Of a DNA stretch of 64,000 bases, positions 1 to 11,290 are shown in pieces. The stretch spans positions 186,001 through 250,000 of the forward strand of contig JAAILG010000005.1 in the NCBI GenBank assembly GCA_012026655.1, in the 5' to 3' direction. Under the pieces are notes generated by a model. It did no database searches. It saw only the letters and a list, made by a program, of their open reading frames with translations, and was not told the origin of the DNA. Position 1 is the stretch's first letter. Each line of letters begins with the position of its first letter. Made by a program: the position numbers and the translations under genes. The stretch comes from Hydrolagus affinis. Lineage: Eukaryota.

Positions 1-248
1 GTTCTGATGGACCAACCTGGTATCCAACAGCCTGGTGATGAGGTCGCCCTGTTTGCTGGGGGCCCTCATGATCTCATAGACGTTGATGCGGTGGAAACCT
101 TCATCCCAGTTCAACAGGCTGTCGATCCGCTCCCGGTAAACTCTCAGCTCGGCAGAAGAAAGCACTTCGTTCTCGGGAACCGCGCTGATATTAAACACAA
201 AACGAAACGTGAAGTCTTGCCTCCAGCCCGGCACCAACTCCAAGTGGT
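1..248 (-). CDS. bmp4: BMP4 last coding exon, 5' part (prodomain); continues past the window edge
   Basis: Acceptor ctcatttctgttgcgaaacAG at 250-249, with a phase-1 join to the upstream exon. Translates without stops as (D)[82 protein letters not shown], which has the BMP2/4 prodomain motifs RFxFN, SSAELR, GFHRINxYE and [10 protein letters not shown]. Absent from the ORF track because it has no internal start/stop pair. Confidence 0.97.
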
Positions 249-1129
249 CTGTTTCGCAACAGAAATGAGAGACAACCCTTAAAACAACTGATTCATCAAG
301 TGTATGTGAGGTGGAGAGGGGTGGGGGGGGGAGAGGCAAACACACACACACACACACAAACATGTACTGTATACCCATTCATACACACACACAGGACCCG
401 AGTAAATACCCTTTAATTAAAAGATATGATACAACTAGACTAAACCGAGGCCAAACAAAAGGTGACGCCCGCCTCTAAAGTTATTACACCAAAAAACTAG
501 TGTTTTTGACTCAAAAATGTCGAATCGACCACTTAATAACGCAAAACCAGTTTCACACAAGAGCTAAACACACAGCAGCAGGGAAAAAAAACCTTGGCTC
601 GTTTCTTAGAAGTACTTTTGTCACCTGCCACAACTGCTCCCCCCCCCACCCCCCCCACCCCCTCACCCACAACCCCAACTCAGACTCGACTATTAATTGA
701 AATCTGCAATCCTCTCCAGCTTGTGTGAAAGTCTAAATGCGCCAGCCACTCGAATACATTGCACTCACCCAACAATACTCGACTATAATATATATATATT
801 TTTTAAAAACACGTCTGTCTCCCAATACGTGTGCCTGGATTCCTGAACATTCAACATTCAAATGACCTGTTCTGTCTGGGACTGTAAATACACAACTGTA
901 AATACCCATTTCCCCCCCTTCTAAAAACAAAACATTCAGAAAGTCCCTTCTGTATACAGTGTACTCCATTCTTTGTACCCCCCTCCCCCCCCCCAACTTA
1001 GCCCAGTAACCCACTATTGGGGAGAGTATCATTATCATCATCAACAACAACAACAACAAGATTGGTAAGTGAATGGCTCGAAAAAGACAACACAAACGAG
1101 TCATCAAAGTGAGAATCTCAACACTCACT

Positions 1130-1325
1130 GCTATATATACATTATATACACACACATACATAATATACACACACATATACATAATACACACATATTATAT
1201 ATATATATAAATATATACACACACATAATATAAAAATACACACACACACATCGCCAAGGCAAAAGAAGAAAGAGAAGCCCCCGCCCACACACACCCCCCC
1301 CCCCCACACACACACACACCCCCAC
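1130..1325. repeat. (TA)n/(CA)n/poly-C low-complexity intronic tract
   Basis: Directly visible dinucleotide runs. Confidence 0.9.
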
Positions 1326-1355
1326 CTCCCAAGTGAAGTGAAGTGTGTTTAGTAC

Positions 1356-1707
1356 CTTCGTGATGGAAACCCCTCACGGTGTTGGCCCGACTCGCCGATA
1401 TCTCGGGATAATCGAAGTTGATGTCGTGGGTGATCTCGTCCCCAGACTGAAGCCTGTACAGATCCAGCATATACTGGGGAATGACGGCAGATTTGCTGGG
1501 CTGTGGGCGTCGTTGCAATCCGAACATGTTAAGTAAAGTGGCCTCGAATTCCCGTAGCAGTTCATGGTTTTGCGGAGAGCGACGTCCACCCGCCTGGTTT
1601 TGCTCAGCGAACTTCTTCCTTCCTTCCTCGGGTATTAGACTAGCATTACCTCCCAGTAAGACTTGGCATAATAAAATTACCATCAGCATTCGGTTACCAG
1701 GAATCAT
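1356..1707 (-). CDS. bmp4: BMP4 first coding exon (signal peptide and N-terminal prodomain)
   Basis: ATG at 1707 gives [35 protein letters not shown]...[36 protein letters not shown]...[13 protein letters not shown]. The MIPGNRML N-terminus is diagnostic for BMP4 rather than BMP2/BMP16. Acceptor ccgtAG at 1716-1715 (exon starts 1714); donor G|GTACT at 1355; 352 coding nt, phase 1. Confidence 0.98.
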
Positions 1708-1728
1708 GGTGTCTCTACGGAGCGCAAA

Positions 1729-1768
1729 AAACACACATACACACACACACAACACACACACACACACA
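1729..1768. repeat. (CA)n microsatellite, read as (TG)n just upstream of the coding-exon acceptor
   Basis: Directly visible. Confidence 0.9.
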
Positions 1769-1807
1769 AAAGGAGCGAGAATTAGAGTAATCTTCAATCA
1801 ACGCCCC

Positions 1808-1935
1808 AGAGAGAGCGAGGGAGAGAAAGAGAGAGAGAGAGAGAGAAAAAGAGAGTAAGCAAGAAAGAGAGCGAGAGAGAGAGAGAGAGTGAGTGAGAGG
1901 GAGAGAGAGCGCTACACAGAGAAAGAAAAGAAGAG
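1808..1935. repeat. (GA)n purine tract
   Basis: Directly visible. Confidence 0.9.
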
Positions 1936-2319
1936 TGAAAGAGGTATAATTACTTGGTCTGACTCGGTTACAGTTAAATAGCCCCATAATCAGTCAGATA
2001 GCACCATCATGTTACTCTTTGTGTTCCTGGGATCTCAGTAATTACCTCAGGCTGATTTTTCTTTCAGAAGTAAACAGTATAAAATATTTGCAATGAATTT
2101 CTCCCCCTCTTGGCTCAATCGTGTTATTTTTTTGAGGGGGTTGGTGAAGAGGGTGAAGAGTGTTCATACATTGCTCTACAAAACTACTGTCTAAACCCCG
2201 TTTAATTTCTTATCCCTCCCCACCTCCCCACCTCTCACCCTTCCCCCGTGGGCTCCTTTTTGATAAAGACTTGTCCGTAGTGTGTGGCTGGAAACACTTT
2301 GCTTCTTGACAGCCAAGGT

Positions 2320-2346
2320 ACAACAACAACAACAACAACAACAAAA
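2320..2346. repeat. (CAA)n microsatellite
   Basis: Directly visible. Confidence 0.9.
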
Positions 2347-2619
2347 CACAGACCCGAGGAAGCCACTCCACATTCAACAGGGTTTCAATGATAAAAACCA
2401 TGTCGGAAAAAAAAAGGATCGCGAGTTGGAACTCTCACTGGGAAAGAGACTGTCCAGCGCATCTTCTACACATCGCTATCTCTGTCTCTCTCTCTCTCTT
2501 TCTCTCTTTTTTTCTTTTAAAAAAAATCCTGCTCCAACAATTCAAAACAAAACCAGGAACAGAAAAAAAAATGAAATTCTCCCTCCCCCAACTTATTTAG
2601 GAAGAAAGGGGCTACTCAC

Positions 2620-2745
2620 TGACAGAAAACAAGGCAGGTGAAAACAGTCCATGATTCTTGACAGCCCGTACTTGGGGACAAATTCTTGAAAAGCTCAGGG
2701 ACTCTGGAGCTGTGGTCGGCTCGGCTGCTTATTATCGGATCCCTC
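2620..2745 (-). other. bmp4: bmp4 non-coding 5'UTR exon (orthologue of mammalian exon 2)
   Basis: Acceptor gttcttccAG at 2747-2746 and donor CA|GTGAGT at 2619-2614. The 3' half, GGCTGTCAAGAATCATGGACTGTTTTCACCTGCCTTGTTTTCTGTCA, closely matches the mammalian BMP4 5'UTR as I recall it. Confidence 0.88.
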
Positions 2746-2819
2746 CTGGAAGAACATTTGAATATAATGAGCTGAGAGACTCTTCTTTCTGCGCTTTCCT
2801 TTTTCACTTCAGTCCGCAA

Positions 2820-3105
2820 CGTCAGCGGGCCCGCCTTTCACACCGGTCAATCATTGCTTCCCCTTCGCCGAGCGCCCGCCTTGTCTGAAATGTCCCACCA
2901 AAAGTGCAGCGGTGCAATTGGCGGCCCCCGGGCCGCCTTGTCAATCAGCCCGGCAAGCCTCACCTCCCCGCTGTCAATCAAACGATTAAGACCCCGCCCT
3001 CACTCCTCGACACGCCCACCGTGGGAGGAGGGGCCTAGCGCGTGGCCCCGCCCTCCGCCTGTCAATCAATGCGAGGCACTGAGCCCAAGGACTCGGGGCT
3101 GATGC
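2820..3105 (-). promoter_or_regulatory. CpG/GC-rich proximal promoter or enhancer of bmp4 with GC boxes and four TGATTGAC sites
   Basis: High CpG density; CCCCGCCC at ~2992 and ~3046; GTCAATCA cores within 2845-2853, 2938-2947, 2971-2980 and 3059-3068. Confidence 0.7.
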
Positions 3106-4640
3106 TGGAATAACTCATACACACAACACACACACACAAAAGTGCACCACCGCTCCTTACTTCACACTGCACACAGAGGCTTGGGAATCCAGCAGCATTC
3201 ATTGTAGAACTGCCTACATTAGGAACCCAGGCATTTATTCACTCACTCACTCAATCACTCACTCACTTCCACTCAGATGAGTCCACCAAGAGCAAAAGTC
3301 TCCTCGCCTTCTTCCTTCATCTCACAGATGCACAGAGGTTTTCTTATCTCTATCCCCCTCCCTCCACCCTCCACCCCCCAAACCCCCACCTCTCTCCCTC
3401 TCTCTTTTTCTCTTCCTCTCTCCTCGTCTCACCACATCCATCACAGGGTCACACAGACTATATAAACACGACACAACCTTCAAACCACCAGATGCCACAC
3501 GCACAAGCAGAATTGTGATACCAGCGGCGCACACTTGGATTTTGTTCCACCTCAGCCAACACTCAACGCCAGGTTCACATTTAGCAACAACACCTTAAAA
3601 AAATATTTTTCAAGGGAAAAATACTACAGTTTCTCTCATAGCTTTGGCGAACACTCACACACACACAAACACACACTTTTTTTTAAAAACAAATGGTGTT
3701 TTCTCAGTACTTTTTTAATCTCCGTCGCGAGTTTGCAAACTGCAGGCTATTCGCCCGCAAACTCTTCCAATCGCGCAGAGTGTGTAAAGGTTGTAGCATC
3801 ACACAACTAGACCTGTCACAATCCATAGTTTGACCCTCCCCCCCACACACACACACACACACAAAACACATGCCACAATGCTGTTGGAAGGGATGGATAC
3901 ACACCAAAGCCCAGCGGGGCAGAAGCATTTGTACAATTATCCAAACACACTCAACCATATGCAGTGCAAATGTGCAAACATTTTATTTAGTCGAATGCAT
4001 TCGGATATGACTTTAGAAATCAGCGCATTTTCACTTGCAGGTAAAATGCGTTAAAACGACACAATGGATGACTAACATGCCCCATTCTCACCTTTATAGT
4101 TATGCAAGGAATTGAATTGTTAGTTAATGGGCTAACGTGTCCTTTATAAGTTTCGGATTCCAAACTGTCTCCTGATTGTATATATATCCATATCCCTTTC
4201 TATCTAAGTCCGTGACACTACTGACACAGAATGGGAAACCAACTAAAAACTATTATTTTTAGTCTCTGTGCATAGTATCCGCGGTAAAACACACTGCCCT
4301 CGAGTCTTCCGATAAAATATATAGGGATAGGAGCTGGACTGCACAGAAAAACAGCAGCCGTTTTCACGAATAGCCCTCACACACACACACACACAAAGAT
4401 GCGTTTAAAAATGAAATAAGTTCTCAGCCCACTAGACAAAGCACCGCCTTGAATATCGTCCTTTTGCAGCACACGGGGGTCATGCTGGAGTAGTAAGAAT
4501 CAGACGTGCGGCCAAAATAACACATGCATTCATTTACACTGCAGAGAAGCAACAGTATATACTGTACGCAACAATCTCACTGTTTGCAAACGCACGGTGA
4601 CAAACACAGGGTCCGAACAGAAAGTTAGCGACGGACTTAC

Positions 4641-4850
4641 CATACTGCAGTGCCGAGGATTTATCGCATGTTTCACTGTAATCGTCTCTAATTAGTTTGC
4701 ACGATCGCCTCAGTTCGCCATCCTACTTGCTCTCGCTCTCTCTCTCTCTCTTAAGAGTCTATCGCCTTGAAACGCACAGGAGCTGCACGGGTGGCGCCTG
4801 GTGCACAAGAGCAAGCGCGCACAGAAATGCTCGGAAAAGGTCCATTTTAA
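4641..4850 (-). other. bmp4: Probable bmp4 first (non-coding) exon; 5' end approximate
   Basis: Strong donor ATG|GTAAGT at 4640-4635 inside a CpG-rich block, with a GA-rich leader and a TATA-like TTAAAA near 4845-4850 (minus). Confidence 0.5.
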
Positions 4851-5075
4851 GAAACATCGCCGAGGATCAATGGGAACCAACCCAACCTGGTCTGCGGGCC
4901 GCCCAGTCCCATGCAATTTGTTGGGAAGGACGCACGTCACTGGCATTTTAACACGAGTTCATAAAGCCTCGACTCTCTGATCTCTATAATATTTCACTTC
5001 CTTCCCGCTGAAGTGGGTGATAGTTAAGACATGTGCGCAGCAGTGGTCCTGCAAGTTGCCGGCGACTCGTGGTGT
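4780..5075 (-). promoter_or_regulatory. CpG-rich distal promoter region of bmp4
   Basis: CpG enrichment against a CpG-poor background; GGGCGG box at ~4899-4904; TGACGT (CRE/ATF-like) at ~4934-4939; TGGCGCC at 4792-4798. Confidence 0.5.
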
Positions 5076-6614
5076 CACATACAGTGTTTATACAAATATA
5101 TATATTTATATATTAACACGTAAGTGTTAAAGGACGACTGAACCCCCACCACCCCCCGCCCCCCCACCTCCTCTCTTCTCCTCCTCCTCTCTACTAGTTG
5201 TCTCATATGGTTTACATCACATGGACTAAGAAGGACATTATTCCTTTACTGAGGGAGGGCAAACATAATTCCACATCAATTAGGTTGGGTTCCTTTGCAG
5301 CGACCGAACTGTCCCGTGGGGCAAAATAGAGTAAAGTTAAGCTTAAAACAAACAGGAGAGGCAGAGTATATATGTGTGTGTATATATATACATATACACA
5401 CACACACAGACACACACACAGACAATTACATATCAGGAATGGAACGAGAATGTCGAAAGGATGGATGTGAAATTGAATGGACATGAAAAGTGCGTGAGAC
5501 CCTGCGTTTGTACCCAAAAAACGACTGAATAACAGGGCACCAGGTCTCGACTGGACGTGACATGACACGGGGTGAAAGTTTACATCCAATGCTAATCTGT
5601 ACTCTTCCATCTCAAACACTGGGGGCATCTTCCAATCTGCTCTGTACGTTATGGCCCTCCAAATGAATTTGCAAAAATATTAATGTTACGAACAGTTTGA
5701 AGTCCGGCATTAAAACTCTTGTGCTGTTTGAACTATTGTGTTCACAAACACAGCTATAAGCAAACAAGCTGCAGTTATTCGGTGGCTACCTGTACCTGTT
5801 TTCAGGATGGGGGCATTGAGTAAGTAGTCCACTGGCATCTTTAAACCCTGGAAAAGCAGAGTACAGTGCATAGCTTACTTGTTCTGCCAGGTCCTCTAAG
5901 AAACCGTTAAGACTCTGGGTTTTTTTTAAACAAAAGAAAGTTTCAAAGTTTAAAAAGTAGCTTCAGAGTTATAGCATCAGCTACAAAGAGATTACTGTAA
6001 TTGGAAGCAGAAATTGTTTCAGTTTGACACCAAAATGCACAATATATCTACTGTATAACACAATATAGAATAGTTATTTGGGCAAATCTAAACCTCAGTC
6101 ATTCAAGGAAGGGCCAAGGAAACTCTTTGTATCATATAACTCGGATCAAATGGTTTCAATTATGTTAAATGGTCCTATGGTTAGTCAGTGTGCTTGTAAT
6201 TTTATCCAATAAGTAGGTCACATTTATACATATTCATTCTTTGTTCTTATCAGTGGATGAATGATCTCCTATCAACAAGGGTGTAAGTTCAGTTTCAAAA
6301 CTTGGTGTATGGGTGGGCGTGGGAGAGGGCTTGGGGTAAGTAGCGTAATTAAATTGCGGGTAAAATAATACAAATATTGTAGATCATAGTTTATTTACTA
6401 AACAAATAATATACTGAATTGGCAGAAGTTTGTGAATCTGTCACTTGCTCCCTCCCTCCCCTCCCCCCAGTCAGGGAGTGGTGGGCAATGCAGATGACTT
6501 GAAAGAAAGAGAAATTAGGCAAAAATAGATTAAAAACACACCCAAGCTGCTGCCACCCACAGAACCAGACCCAGCGCAAGCAACGAGCTTCAAGAGAAGA
6601 TAATTATAAAAATA

Positions 6615-6760
6615 TTAATAATAACCATTGCATTTGATACAGCACTTTTCACGTCTTCTGGATGTCTCGGAGCCCTTCACAGAATACTACTGTAAAGTGA
6701 ATCGACTGTAGATTTGGCATGTGGCAAACGTGGCAGCCAATTGCGCACAGCAGATGCACA
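6615..6760 (-). mobile_element. 3' fragment of the tRNA-derived SINE family with an L2-like tail
   Basis: Similar to the 3' half of the copies at 7542-7870 and 18345-18715. Confidence 0.7.
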
Positions 6761-7541
6761 AGAGGAGAAAATCAGAGGGGCTAAAATGTTAAAGAAACAC
6801 AGATGAGTGCACACACGCCCTACAAGGGTTGTGTAGGAGAAATCAGCATCTGCTCCAGCACAAACCAATGTCATTGGCCAGGATTCAGCTGAATGTTCTG
6901 CAGTGAGCATTTCCTCCCAGTTACAAGAACATAGCCACACAACTGATGGTGATAACCTTCCGTTAAATTTCCTAAATACTTAATATTTCCTGATCAGCAA
7001 ATGCTTCCAGACCAACTAGTGCTAATTATCTAAGAGGGGATAATCTGCTTACTGCTCGATTGGTGTTGTGATATTTGGCAATGTATGAATACAGTTAGAA
7101 ATTCACGTCATAAGATCACGTTGCCAACATCACTGCTGTGACTGGAAACATATAGGATATCACCTGGCTAACATTTTAAATGGGTTTCTCCTCTTGGCTT
7201 TAGTTCCAAATCAATAAACGTCCAAATTATTTATACAAAGGAACCCAATAATTTTCTCTTTATTCAGTGTTACAAAGTTCAGACAAAGCCACCTAATAAA
7301 TCCTTAAGCTTTACCATTTGAAGCTCTATTTTAGATTCTCCCTAATTCTATGATGACGCATATATGTAATTTACAAATTGAAGGGAACCCCACCCTGGCT
7401 ATACAAATAGAGAGCATTCGATTTTTTTTAGTCAGCCGGGTGTCTGACACATGTGGAAACCCATCACCATGCTTAAGAATATCCAAACCAAACTGAGAAT
7501 TCCATGCGTGCTACAGAAAGCTGGCTTGATTCCGACATTCC

Positions 7542-7870
7542 CTTACTACTACTACTACTAATAATAATCCTTACATTTGATATAGTGCTTTTCACATCTT
7601 ATCGACGTATCAAAGCTCTTCACAGAATATACTGTAAAGTGGATATTTGTGGGCGAATCGCGGCAGCCAATTGTGCACAGCAGTGTCTCACAAACAGTCA
7701 TGGATTGAAATGACCGATTTTTATTATTGTGTTTTTTTTGGACGGATTATTATTAGGCGTGTGGAGTAAGGAAACTTGCCCAAGGTTTCGCCCTGACCTG
7801 CCTGGATTCGAACGCAAGTCTCCTCAGCTTGCAAGACAAGTGCTCTAACCACTGAGCCACAGGAGCTCCC
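7542..7870 (-). mobile_element. tRNA-derived SINE, full length (chondrichthyan SINE2-type)
   Basis: The minus strand starts GGGAGCTCCTGTGGCTCAGTGGTTAGAGCAC...GTTCGAATCC (A and B boxes), has an L2-like tail ending in (ATT)n/(AGT)n, and has several related copies in the window. Confidence 0.9.
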
Positions 7871-10711
7871 TTGCGAAACATGTCACCTTCGAATCAATTC
7901 AGTTTCAAAGACATCCCACTAACCTCCTCCCCAAGGAGGATAGTCACTAGGAGGTTGCTTTACATCCAACAAGCATTGGTACAAGCCCTCACTTGGTAGG
8001 TGGAACTCCCTCCCTGCAAGCTTTCCAGAACATTTTATGGAGTGGCAAAAGCTGGAAATTCTTAACATAGTTTGAGGAATGTTTATGGTGCTTTGTTTTG
8101 AAGTTTTAGGCTATCACTCCTGTGTCCACCTATGTATAGAACAAGAAAAACACAATACTGATTATAAAATCGAGTGTATTGTGGGATTAAGTTGAATCTT
8201 GGTTCATTCCACTGGTTAAATAAATGTTACATTTACTTTCTCTCTCCTCCACCCGCCACCATCCCAAACAAAAATCTGCTTCAAGCAACAGGTAACAATG
8301 TAGACACATTACCTACATAGAGTATTGTACATTTTTTGAGCTTATATTTATTTCTGTGGAAGCTATTATAACAGAAATGTTGGCATGACATGAAAAAAGT
8401 ACTGTTGGACATTCTCCATGTATCATCCCAAAGCTTCCCCAACTATGAAAAGGAGCTTTGAGTATAGCAGCATTCCAGATGAATTTATGGATCTCGTCAA
8501 CTACTATTACCTCTTTCCTGTCCTTTCTCCTAAGTAGAAAATACAGGATTAAAGATTAACATTCTTTTATGTAAAAGAAAAGATTGTATCTTATTCAGCC
8601 TGGTTATCCTCTACCTTTATATTAATATAGTACATTGACTGCAATTTATTACATGAAATAAGATAAGAGCGCATTATTTAGCAAATGATCAATTTGAATT
8701 GAACAATCAGCATTATTCACGAGCTGGATTAACATTGTAACTATACAGCTCCGATCATTCGCTTGTGGAAGATTACTTGTTGTGCTTCTGGCTTTTTACT
8801 AAACATCTCATTTTGAATCAGCTCAAGTATATATTTGGCTCATGTCTACAGAGTACATTTACTAGTCCTGCTGGTCAACACAATACTGTAATGCTGCTTT
8901 GTGATGACTGTGCAGAGTTTCAAGGAGTGAACGGTCAATCTCTTTTGGGACAGTGTAGTTTACCAGTGATTTATACTGGTAGTAGCAAATATATCCACCT
9001 TAAATGACCTTATTTGCCAAAGCTGGGTAACACTATCACAACAGTCTAACCTACACTTCTCTCTTTCTGTCATCTTGGAGTTCAGCACTTTAGTGAATTG
9101 AGGATTTCCAAAGCCTCAGGCCTGATCCTGGGTGTTCTCCAGAACCAGCACTGCTCCCCATAGAGTTAAACATCAACTTGAAAAGGGGATGATAAGAATG
9201 TCAGTCATGCACAGATCACCCTGTAAAACCATAAGACAAAAAAAAAGTTTGGGAGAATTCATACCTAGTACAGAAGTTCAAGGCCAAGGATGAAATTTTA
9301 AAAGCCACCTATAAGGTTTAAATTTCTAGTGTCAACAGAGATATCGATGCACCCTGTAGACAGAAGATGTCAAACTACAGTACTGAGCGAGTTTTGTTTA
9401 ACACAGCGAGTTGTACTCCTCCCATTCCCTTAAAAAAAACTCACGATTTCCTCGGGGGACAAGATGTCTGAAGGGTGCATTGTAGCAGGAGGAGTAATTC
9501 AGAACCATCAAAGAGTATGTGTATGATGGACAAGCCCTTATCCAGGAGAACTAGTTTAGCCCCTAATTAGAAGTTAATTGCAGCTCTTGATATTAGATAC
9601 AGCAGGAATTTAAATGCTGGGACAAAAGGGAAAGAACTAACTACAAAGCACTAATTTAAGAAAACACTAACAAGCGCTGAAACATTTTATTAAAGTAAAT
9701 AAGGCGAGTTTGTGTTGTCGTCTCGAAAACTTGGTGCTTTTCATGGAATCTTGCTTCTTCAAGAGGTTTTATTGTTCGTAATGGTAAGTTGGGATATCAG
9801 AGGTTAGCTTCCTGACTTAAAAGATTATCTTTTGAAACAGAGATAATTCCAGCATCTCTTTCCACAGTTTTTAACCGACTGCTTCAACCAGTTGAGTAAG
9901 GCTCACAGGAAGTACTCTGGCTATCTTTACTAATCTGGGTAAAAATACCCCTTTCCATATACAGTACAGGCTTGTTCATCTCTCTCTTTTTTTTGCTGCT
10001 TTTATTGGGAAGACTTTTCTTGCATGATATTGTCTGTAGCAAGCGTTCCGTTCTTTGTGAATGAATTTGTGCTATCTTTGTAAATGATTACACCTGATCA
10101 TAATGCCAAGGATCTCCTTCTCAAAACAGATTTGGTTTGTACCAAAAATAAATACAGCATGAACTTAATCACAGTTGAAATGCACTGCTGAAATGCTCAT
10201 CATCTGCTAGGAAAGAATGCTCAAACATTGCATCACAATGGAATAAGGGGCCTGAAAATACTCAAGGTCTTCACTTTAAGATTTGGAACCTGGATTTTCA
10301 CAGTTCATCAAAAGAATTGAAAACTTTGAAATTAAGACTGGATTCTTTCAAATTTCTGAAAATTAAGAAATTTTAGGATAATGGACTCATGCCCAAACTG
10401 AAGGATTTGGGTCAAAAGTGTAAACGCTTTCTACTAAAATCATTCTAGTGCCCCCACTAATGTGTCATCTTTATACAACAAACATCACTTGTTTGCTGTC
10501 AGAGCAACAGCGCTAGGACATAATTGGAGGCAAGACACACCGAAGTTCTCTGGTGTCTCAGCATTCACTATATCCACATGAAATCTTTGGTAATCTTTCA
10601 CTCCCCATAGAGCCAATCAAACTCTTTCTTTAACAGGTAGTATTAGGAAAGGGCATAGCAAGGAAACGAGAGAGAAGACCTGGGTGATGAGCAGTAAGGG
10701 CACAGGAGGCT

Positions 10712-10780
10712 ACAACAACAATAACAAAATTACATTTGTGGAGTTCCTTTCACATCAGGAGGACGTCCCAAGGTGCTAAG
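10712..10780 (-). mobile_element. Short L2 3'-tail copy
   Basis: Matches the terminus of the longer L2 copies at 17063 and 50292. Confidence 0.8.
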
Positions 10781-11164
10781 GCCACAAGGATGGTGAACTG
10801 TAGGTAGGGGGAGAAAAGATCATACCTACTATTCATACGCCTGCAGCCTTCTTATTGGAATATTCACACGATGTCAGGTTCATTCTAATTTGCTTACAGT
10901 GTTTCTGTCAGGTATGTGGGTTGGGGGGAAAGCCTGCCTGGACAAAACATTTCTTATCAATATACAAGGGAAAAAGGAAGCTATTGTTTCAACAACAGCC
11001 TAATATCAGCAATTATGACATATGCTTATTGCAGACAATTATGCAACCGATTTATCAATGGCTGCAATCAGGTGAGAAATCCCTTGAACCAGATAGAGAG
11101 TTGAATCCTGTGACGATCACTGACTAAATGTCCACATGGAGGTCATGTTACGAGATTAGCTCCA

Positions 11165-11290
11165 TGGAAACATAGAAAGAGGAGTAAGCCATTCAGCCCC
11201 TCAAGCCTGTTCCACCAATTGTATTCTGGGTGAGCGGATCAAGTTGTGCAATGGACCCATGTTCTCCAGACCCATGCTTGCCTATGTTTA
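11165..11290. mobile_element. CR1-type LINE 3'-end remnants
   Basis: aacatagaaagaggagtaagccattcagcccctcaagcctgttcc resembles 45780-45840 and the reverse complement of 49080-49140. Confidence 0.6.

Larger units (their letters stand above)
1694..2652 (-). other. Spliced upstream ORF (2652-2620 joined to 1714-1694), MDCFHLPCFLSRHHDSW*, overlapping the BMP4 ATG out of frame
   Basis: ATG in aatcATGG context at 2652, 11 codons to the donor, then AGA CAC CAT GAT TCC TGG TAA across the BMP4 start codon. Confidence 0.7.

Noticed and set aside
7-282. 91-aa plus-strand ORF; also 1345-1536 and 1481-1858
   Set aside because: Antisense shadows of the BMP4 coding exons.
733-1325. Hydrophobic ORFs 733-1191 and 1131-1325
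   Set aside because: Translation of intronic microsatellites.
1195-1797. 200-aa ORF as a complete protein
   Set aside because: Only 1707-1356 is coding. The VCVCV extensions at both ends are intronic (TG)n.
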